Translations under genes and position numbers: made by a program
The notes under the pieces: model-generated
Database searches by the model: none
Told to the model about the DNA's origin: nothing
Seen by the model: only the letters and a program-made list of their open reading frames with translations
Shown: piece by piece, positions 1 to 5,482 of the stretch
Layout: the number at the start of each line of letters is the position of its first letter
Numbering within the stretch: the first letter of the stretch is position 1
Origin: Octopus sinensis
Lineage: Eukaryota
Direction: 5' to 3'
NCBI RefSeq assembly: GCF_006345805.1
Contig: NW_021830581.1
Location: forward strand, 1 to 5,482
Length of the DNA: 5,482 nucleotides

Positions 1-90
1 CTTACTAGTACTGAGGAGTCTCACTCTGGAGTGAGATCAGAAGAGATGATGGCGAACTCACTGGTAGCTGTATAATATAGTCTATCGCTC

Positions 91-310
91 TTGTCGCTGT
101 TGTCTTTGTTGTTGTTGTTGTTGTTGTTAAGCTCCAGGTCAACTTTCATAAAGGATGTTCCAACTGTGACCATCACGTATCTAGAACTGTCTGCGTTATT
201 TACTATACCTTCCCTCTTCGCTTTTTAAGGTTGTAGTGGATGATTTGATGGGATTTGGTTTCTACTTCCTGCAAATCGAGTTACAATAGAAGACCTTTCG
301 CTGGCTCATT
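91..310 (-). mobile_element. Possible 3' fragment of a non-LTR retroposon (SINE/LINE) with an (AAC)n tail
   Basis: (TTG)n at 106-128, degenerate back to 91, reads as an (AAC)n tail on the minus strand next to AAGCTCCAGGTCA. The body resembles an abundant octopus repeat from memory only; needs a repeat-library search. Confidence 0.35.
106..128. repeat. (TTG)n microsatellite
   Basis: Directly visible pure trinucleotide run. Confidence 0.95.
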
Positions 311-346
311 ACACACACATACACACACACATACACACACACACAT

Positions 347-417
<71 letters not shown>

Positions 418-432
418 CATCATATATATATA
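311..432. repeat. Compound microsatellite (AC)n 311-380 then (AT)n 381-432
   Basis: Directly visible, with a few interruptions. Confidence 0.97.
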
Positions 433-555
433 CTGATATGAGAGGGATGACCACTATGTGGACAACACTTATGCTAGAAGTAGATACGCTATGGTCTTAC
501 CACTGGTTTAAATTGATGTTAAATTAATATCCAATTTTTCATCCTCATTTTAAAT

Positions 556-558
556 TAT

Positions 559-604
<46 letters not shown>

Positions 605-620
605 ACATATATATTAATAT
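556..620. repeat. (TA)n microsatellite, interrupted
   Basis: Directly visible. Confidence 0.95.
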
Positions 621-645
621 AAAGTAGGGGGTAGACAGACAATCC

Positions 646-795
646 ATCCATCTATCCAACCATACATACATATATAAATGCAAGCTTACATAAATAGATA
701 CATGCATTTATAAATGCATGCATACATAAATATATATATATATATATATATATACATACATGCATAAATACATACATACATAAATGCATGCATGC
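646..795. repeat. Low-complexity (CCAT)/(CATA)/ATGCAT/(TA)n region
   Basis: Mixed tetranucleotide and TA runs; explains the 708..935 ORF. Confidence 0.85.
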
Positions 796-868
796 GTGAT
801 AGCCTCATCTTGACATATTATAACCGTCTCACGTTCAGTCTGATCCTTCTGATTTACTTTCATACTTT

Positions 869-1335
869 GGCGGAATTTGAACTCAGAGCGTAGCGGCAGA
901 CCGGTAGATGAAATACCTATTTCTTTATTACCCACAAGGGGCTAAACACAGAGAGGACAAACAAGGACAGACATAGGTATTAAGTCGATTACATCGACCC
1001 CAGTGCGTAACTGGTACTTAATATTTATCGACCCCGAAAGGATGAAAGGCAAAGTCGACCTCGGCGGGATTTGAACTCAGAACGTAGCGGCAGACGAAAT
1101 ACCTATTTCTTTACTACCCACAAGGGGCTAAACACAGAGAGGACAAACAAGGACAGACATAAGGTATTAAGTTGATTACATCGACCCCAGTGCGTAACTG
1201 GTACTTAATTTATCGACCCCGAAAGGATGAAAGGCAAAATCGACCTTCGCGGGATTTGAACTCAGAACGTAGCGGCAGACGAAATACCGCTAAGCATTTC
1301 GCTTGGCGTGCTAACGATTCAGCTAACTCGCCACC
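869..1335 (-). mobile_element. tRNA-derived SINE (family A) multimer: head plus two ~186 bp units plus a partial third
   Basis: Minus strand starts GGTGGCGAGTTAGCTGAATCGTTAGC. A box at 1314-1325, B box GAGTTCAAATCC at 1252-1263. Units 1104-1288 and 918-1103, partial unit 869-917 with an 8-bp duplication (894-901/902-909). A near-identical copy lies on the plus strand at 3949. Resembles octopus tRNA-SINEs; I cannot assign it to OK/OR1/OR2. The central GTCGACTTTGCCTTTCATCCTTTCGGGGTCGAT recalls the Deu/Nin SINE domain (from memory). Confidence 0.88.
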
Positions 1336-1436
1336 TTGCTGTCGCTAGATATTAATAAAAATATACATAAACTCATATTTTCAGTTCTATATTTTTCCTG
1401 TTTGCATCGCCATACCTATATATATATATATATATA

Positions 1437-1828
1437 CTAGCAGTATCGCCCGGCGTTGCTCGGGTTTGTAAGGGAAATAATTATACAGCATTTTTAGAGA
1501 GTTATAGCCAAAAAATAGAGCAAAAAATGCATTAAAAATGGAAAAAATATGATGGTAAATTTTTTTTAAATCTTTGACTCATCGTAGACATTTTTAGAGT
1601 TACTTCCCTTTAAAAAAATATGCATGAAAATGGAAAAAAATTATGGTAAATTATTTTTAAAATCGTAGCCTCATCGTAGACAAGCGCTAATACCCAGAAG
1701 GGCTCGAAATGAATCACGACTATAAGATACCCGGTTTTGGTTAAACTGCACCGCAAAATGTGGGAGTAGTTAGGAATCTAAATCGAAGGGGACAGACACT
1801 CACACAACTACAGTTTTATATATAAAGA
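1437..1828 (-). mobile_element. Non-autonomous Helitron, copy 1 (392 bp)
   Basis: Minus strand: A|TCTTTATATATAAAA ... CCCGAGCAACGCCGGG hairpin (1449-1464), 8 nt, CTAG|T. The 5' TC, 3' CTRR, subterminal GC hairpin and A/T target are established Helitron hallmarks. No RepHel ORF. Confidence 0.85.
1489..1680. repeat. Diverged internal dimer within the Helitron (1489-1588, 1589-1680)
   Basis: Both units begin CATTTTTAGAG, contain AAAATGGAAAAAA...ATGGTAAATT and end CTCATCGTAGA. Also present at 2528-2716. Confidence 0.85.
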
Positions 1829-1836
1829 TATATATA

Positions 1837-1870
<34 letters not shown>
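1829..1870. repeat. (TA)n array
   Basis: Directly visible; the counterpart is 2862-2903. Confidence 0.95.
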
Positions 1871-1871
<1 letters not shown>

Positions 1872-2246
1872 TACAAAATTAGAAAATGGAGAAACATACT
1901 TAAATCAATCAAACATCAACCATCAGATGATACCCAATCAATACTTTATTACACCATTACATAACAGTAAAGGCATTATACAAAATATATTGTAAACATA
2001 ATTAGACAAGGAAATAGAAATATAAAATATAAAATATAATATGTAATTATATCATATCTGACAGCTGTTTCGGCAGTAAGGGCAATCATGCCTCATTTAA
2101 CCTATAAGCCATATAAGGCAGGTATAAATGAGGCATTAACAAGGATGCCCCACGGCCTCTTCAGAGAATTTAATAAATTATAATTGTGAAAAAATTGTTA
2201 TAAATATAAAAATGTAAAATATAAAAACGTGTGGATAGACACCATA
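1871..2246 (-). mobile_element. Probable Penelope-like element pLTR/3' fragment, copy 1
   Basis: (TA)n-flanked AT-rich module with a minimal type I hammerhead and a downstream AATAAA (1945-1950, minus). Minimal hammerheads with a palindromic stem III are an established feature of Penelope-like LTRs. No RT or GIY-YIG sequence is seen. Confidence 0.55.
2057..2167 (-). ncRNA. Type I hammerhead ribozyme with extended stem II, copy 1
   Basis: Minus RNA: UCU-CUGAAGA-GGC..(86 nt stem-loop, 2157-2072)..GCC-GAAAC-AGCU-GUC^AGA. All core nucleotides are present, G10.1-C11.1 is paired, stem I is UCU/AGA, stem III is palindromic (ACAGCUGU). Predicted cleavage between 2060 and 2059. Confidence 0.82.
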
Positions 2247-2270
2247 ATATATATATATATATATATATAT

Positions 2271-2455
2271 GATAGATCGCTAGCCACTACACATTCTTTA
2301 TTTTCTCTCCTGTTCTTTCTGTGTTCCTTTCTGTGGAAGAGCGTAGGCTCGAAACGTTAAAGACTTTTTCACTTCCCGAGCGTTATAATAGTACATCTGT
2401 TTTTGTTGTCTACACCACCTGTCTTCGTCTTTTGTTTTCTTGTGAATTCTCACCC
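2271..2455 (+). mobile_element. Probable Penelope-like pLTR fragment of a second family, copy 1
   Basis: 185 bp module flanked on both sides by (TA)n, with a minimal hammerhead-like motif; resembles an abundant octopus repeat from memory. Confidence 0.55.
2327..2362 (+). ncRNA. Degenerate minimal type I hammerhead-like motif, copy 1
   Basis: CUUU-CUGUGGA-A-GAG(CGUAGG)CUC-GAAAC-GUU^AAAG. Stem I is CUUU/AAAG, stem II GAG/CUC, stem III has no loop and is palindromic (AACGUU). Core A6 is U and there is an extra A after A9, so activity is doubtful. Confidence 0.55.
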
Positions 2456-2475
2456 TATATATATATATATATATA

Positions 2476-2861
2476 CTAGCAGTATCGCCCGGCGTTGCTC
2501 GGGTTTGTAAGGGAAATAATTATACAGCATTTTTAGAGGTTATAGCCAAAAAATAGAGCAAAAAATGCATTAAAAATGGAAAAAATATTGATGGTAAATT
2601 TTTTTTTAAATTTGACTCATCGTAGACATTTTTAGAGTTACTTCCCTTTAAAAAAATATGCATGAAAATGGAAAAAAATTATGGTAAATTATTTTTAAAA
2701 TCGTAGCCCACGTAGACAAGCGTAATACCCAGAAGGGCTCGAAAGAATCACGACTATAAGATACCCGGTTTTGGTTAAACTGCACCGCAAAATGTGGGAG
2801 TAGTTAGGAATCTAAATCGAAGGGGACAGACACTCACACAACTACGTTTTATATATAAAGA
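2476..2861 (-). mobile_element. Non-autonomous Helitron, copy 2 (386 bp)
   Basis: Same termini and hairpin as copy 1; CTAG at 2476-2479, TC at 2861-2860. Confidence 0.85.
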
Positions 2862-2872
2862 TATATATATAT

Positions 2873-2903
<31 letters not shown>

Positions 2904-3275
2904 CTACAAAATTAGAAAATGGAGAAACATACTTAAATCAATCAAACATCAACCATCAGATGATACCCAATCAAACTTTATTACACATTACATAACAGTA
3001 AAGGCATTATACAAAATATATTGTAAAAAAATTAGACAAGGAAATAGAAATATAAAATATAAAATTATAATATGTAATTATCATATCTGACAGCTGTTTC
3101 GGCAGTAAGGGCAATCATGCCTCATTTAACCTATAAGCCATATAAGGCAGGTATAAATGAGGCATTAACAAGGATGCCCCACGGCCTCTTCAGAGAATTT
3201 AATAAATTATAATTGTGAAAAAATTGTTATAAATATAAAAATGTAAAATATAAAAACGTGTGGATAGACACCATA
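2904..3275 (-). mobile_element. Probable Penelope-like fragment, copy 2
   Basis: Duplicate of 1871-2246. Confidence 0.55.
3086..3196 (-). ncRNA. Type I hammerhead ribozyme with extended stem II, copy 2
   Basis: Identical to 2057-2167 by manual comparison. Confidence 0.82.
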
Positions 3276-3299
3276 ATATATATATATATATATATATAT

Positions 3300-3486
3300 G
3301 ATAGATCGCTAGCCACTACACATTCTTTATTTTCTCTCCTTGTTTCTTTCTGTGTTCCTTTCTGTGGAAGAGCGTAGGCTCGAAACGTTAAAGACTTTTT
3401 CACTTCCCGAGCGTTATAATAGTACATCTGTTTTTGTTGTCTACACCACCTGTCTTCGTCTTTTGTTTTCTTGTGAATTCTCACCC
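3300..3486 (+). mobile_element. Probable Penelope-like pLTR fragment of the second family, copy 2
   Basis: Duplicate of 2271-2455. Confidence 0.55.
3358..3393 (+). ncRNA. Degenerate minimal hammerhead-like motif, copy 2
   Basis: Identical to 2327-2362. Confidence 0.55.
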
Positions 3487-3851
3487 TATATATATATATA
3501 TATATATATTTATACAGCACGCGCAAATGCACACTTTGAAACATAATATTTAAAACAGTATTCCCATGATCCTTTGTCATTCTGCTGTAATAGCTTTATT
3601 TCTCACAGCTGACCATTCTGTTCTATCGATGGTAGAAGGAAATCGTATACATCTCTGAGAAGCGGTCAACAAACTAAGAAGATGTTCCTCAGGCGTTTCC
3701 CCCTCTTTATTCCGCCTAACGAAAAAATAGAATAGACAGCAATATGTTGACATTGTTATAAATTTCTCTCATAATGCAAATTATGCCATTTCCATATATA
3801 TTACTTGAAAACATATATATGCAAATATGTACGAGCATGCATATATGCCAG

Positions 3852-3875
3852 TATATATATATATGTATGTGTGTG

Positions 3876-3909
<34 letters not shown>

Positions 3910-3942
3910 GCGTGTATATATATATATATACACACGCACACA
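3852..3942. repeat. Compound (TA)/(TG)/(TA)/(CA) microsatellite
   Basis: Directly visible. Confidence 0.95.
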
Positions 3943-3948
3943 GATATC

Positions 3949-4314
3949 GCGGTGAGATGGCAGAATCGTTAGCAAGCAGGGCGAAATGCTTCGCGGTATT
4001 TCGTCTGCCGCTGCGTTCTGAGTTCAAATTCCGCCGAGGTCGACTTTGCCTTTCATCCTTTCGGGGTCGATTAAGTAAGTACCAGTTACGCACTGGGGTC
4101 GATATAATCGACTTAATCCGTTTGTCTGTCCTTGTTTGTCCTCTCTGTGTTTAGCCCCTTGTGGGTAGTAAAGAAATAGGTATGTCGTCTGCCGCTACAT
4201 TCTGAGTTCGAATTCCGCCAACGCCAACTTTGCTTTTTAACCTTGCGGAGTCGATAAATTAAATACCAGTTGAGTACTGGTGTCGTTGGTATTGACTTAA
4301 CCCTCCCCCGAATT
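3949..4314 (+). mobile_element. tRNA-derived SINE family A: head, one unit, then a diverged second unit
   Basis: A box TGGCAGAATCGT at 3958-3969, B box GAGTTCAAATTCC at 4020-4032. Unit 1 is 3995-4178; unit 2 starts GGTATGTCGTC at 4179 and ends in a different tail (CCCTCCCCCGAATT). Confidence 0.88.
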
Positions 4315-4320
4315 TTTTTA

Positions 4321-4425
4321 GGCGCAGGAGTGGCTGTGTGGTAAGTAGCTTACTTACCAACCCCATGGCTCCGGGTTCAGTCTCACTGCGTGGCACCTTG
4401 GACAAGTGTCTTCTACTATAGTCTC
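4321..4425 (+). mobile_element. 3'-truncated tRNA-derived CORE-type SINE (family B)
   Basis: A box TGGCTGTGTGGT at 4331-4342, B box GGTTCAGTCTC at 4374-4384, followed by GGCACCTTGGACAAGTGTCTT resembling the CORE motif (GTGACCTTGGGCAAGT). CORE SINEs are known from octopus. Confidence 0.78.
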
Positions 4426-4530
4426 TATTACATACTATATCATAGTATTACATACTATATGTAATATATATATATATACATCTTTATGTAAATCTATCTG
4501 TATGTATATATACACCTACATACGCGTATT

Positions 4531-4688
4531 ATACATATACATGCATACATACAAACATACATAAATACATACATACATAATACATACATACATACATACA
4601 TACATACATACATACATACATACACACCTACATACACACATACATACATACATACATATATATGCGTGTGTGTGTTTGTGTTTGCGTG
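4531..4688. repeat. (CATA)n tetranucleotide array followed by (TG)n
   Basis: Directly visible; explains ORFs 4494..4745 and 4628..4810. Confidence 0.95.
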
Positions 4689-4862
4689 TCTATTGAAATA
4701 TTTGAACTGAGGAAGATATATAAGGAGTATTTTTCTCTTACACAATTACTTGAAACACGTGTATTAAGTGCATTTAAAATATCAACATTTGATTCGGCTA
4801 TCATATACATATTTCGTCATCTCTCGTATATGTAGAAGTAATTCGACTATAGTTGCGTTCAG

Positions 4863-4932
4863 ATCCCATCAAGACCTTCTGAAGACAGACGTCGTAAAAT
4901 ACGAATGCCGAAAAGCGAAATCACTTAGGTCG
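4863..4932 (+). CDS. Candidate internal coding exon (xSHQDLLKTDVVKYECRKAKSLRS)
   Basis: TTCAG| acceptor with a weak pyrimidine tract, |GTGAAT donor, exactly one open frame, phase-compatible with 5104-5203. No homology recognised. Confidence 0.25.
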
Positions 4933-5024
4933 GTGAATTAAAATGTTCCGTACCAATGTTTGTAATATGTGGCTTTGTTTTTTACGGGGGTTTAATTATG
5001 GTGAATGTTTTGTTTTGTTTTGTT

Positions 5025-5056
5025 GGGGGTTCCTGGTTGGTGGGGGTGGGTGGGGG
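5025..5056 (+). other. Potential G-quadruplex (G5-N12-G5-N1-G3-N1-G5)
   Basis: Four G runs at 5025-5029, 5042-5046, 5048-5050 and 5052-5056; the first loop is long. Confidence 0.45.
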
Positions 5057-5103
5057 TTTCTGTGCAGACTTTTGTCGTTGCCCTACATAATATTCTAACT
5101 TAG

Positions 5104-5203
5104 CCTGTTATGAACCTATTGAGTTCTCTTATGAAAAACATGAACCTCGGCTGCAAGACTCAAGGGAATGCATTGTACTTCTCTAGTAAGCGTCTTAAGA
5201 CGT
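5104..5203 (+). CDS. Candidate internal coding exon (PVMNLLSSLMKNMNLGCKTQGNALYFSSKRLKT; alternative frame CYEPIEFSYEKHEPRLQDSRECIVLL to the donor at 5186)
   Basis: CTAACTTTAG| acceptor, |GTGAGT donor at 5204 (alternative |GTAAGC at 5186), flanked by T/G-rich intron-like DNA. No homology recognised. Confidence 0.3.
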
Positions 5204-5401
5204 GTGAGTATGTATGTGCGTGTGTGTATGAATGTTGTAATGTGGAGTATTTGTCTATAGTCGTTGTTTTGACTTTATATTTATTTTCAATGAAATACAG
5301 ACGTTTATATGTTTGTTTTGTTTTTATTAATTTTTTTTTGTATTTTTGCTGTATTTTCCCCATTTTTATTTCTTTCATTATTTACTCGTTTATTTATTTA
5401 C

Positions 5402-5441
5402 CTATCTGAAGATTGACTCCGCGTTTAGAGGATAGGAGTTG
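5402..5441 (-). CDS. Candidate 40 nt exon (QLLSSKRGVNLQI+G)
   Basis: Minus strand: pyrimidine tract, CTAAT, GTACCAG| ... AG|GTAAAT, with one frame free of stops. It conflicts in strand with the plus candidates. No homology recognised. Confidence 0.28.
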
Positions 5442-5482
5442 CTGGTACAATAAATTAGGATGAGAAAGAGAAAAAGAGAAGA

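Larger units (their letters stand above)
1417..3509. repeat. Direct tandem duplication, unit ~1.03-1.04 kb (1437-2475 and 2476-3509), junctions in (TA)10-11 arrays
   Basis: Manual alignment: offset 1039 at CTAG (1437/2476), 1033 at 1871/2904, 1031 at 2455/3486. TA arrays at 1417-1436, 2456-2475 and 3487-3508. Confidence 0.97.

Noticed and set aside
11-43. CTGAGGA followed by the perfect hairpin TCTCACTC-TG-GAGTGAGA (19-36), resembling a hammerhead 5' half
   Set aside because: No GAAA, stem III or UH follows (CAGAAGA instead); at best a decayed remnant.
255-935. ORFs 255..527 and 708..935
   Set aside because: HT/YI/YV runs are translations of microsatellites, and the rest is SINE sequence.
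869-1335. Regular 186-bp repeats as a CRISPR array or tRNA genes
   Set aside because: No unique spacers and a eukaryotic context; the tRNA-like heads lack a full cloverleaf and continue into a SINE body.
1871-1895. Minus-strand CTAATTTTGTAG resembling a splice acceptor at the PLE fragment boundary
   Set aside because: Followed only by a TA array; such motifs are common by chance in AT-rich DNA.
3609-3692. Strong plus-strand acceptor TTTATTTCTCACAG at 3608
   Set aside because: All three frames reach a stop within about 50 nt and there is no convincing donor; could only be non-coding or terminal.
3649-3700. Minus-strand GAAACGC-CTGAGGA with an ACATCT/AGATGT inverted repeat
   Set aside because: Motif order and spacing fit no hammerhead topology.
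3227-4154. ORFs 3227..3580, 3340..3546, 3716..4093, 3774..4154, 3781..3975
   Set aside because: They run through TA/TG arrays, the pLTR fragment and the SINE; no protein-like domains.
4874-4931. CTGAAGA...TCGTA-AAA-TACGA...GAAA...TTA-GGTC hammerhead-like arrangement
   Set aside because: Stem II would close with a C-C mismatch and stem I needs a 2-nt bulge; compatible with chance.
4494-5409. ORFs 4494..4745, 4628..4810, 5110..5409, 5160..5378 as complete genes
   Set aside because: Low-complexity CATA or T-rich read-through; only 5104-5203 is kept as a weak exon candidate.

Overview
Eukaryotic, AT-rich, repeat-dense DNA with no credible long ORF; the ORF-track entries are read-throughs of microsatellites or repeats. 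The interspersed repeats resemble ones I recall from octopus genomes, so the taxon is an inference. Contents: (i) two tRNA-derived SINE families, one in head-to-tail multimers with the same junction at two loci; (ii) a ~1.03 kb tandem duplication (1417-3509) bounded by (TA)n arrays, each unit holding a non-autonomous Helitron, a minus-strand fragment with an intact type I hammerhead ribozyme with a very long stem II, and a plus-strand fragment with a degenerate minimal hammerhead (both probably Penelope-like LTR remnants); (iii) many microsatellites; (iv) low-confidence short exon candidates after 4860. The two duplicated units differ almost only by 1-2 nt indels, so the duplication may be very recent or an assembly artefact.
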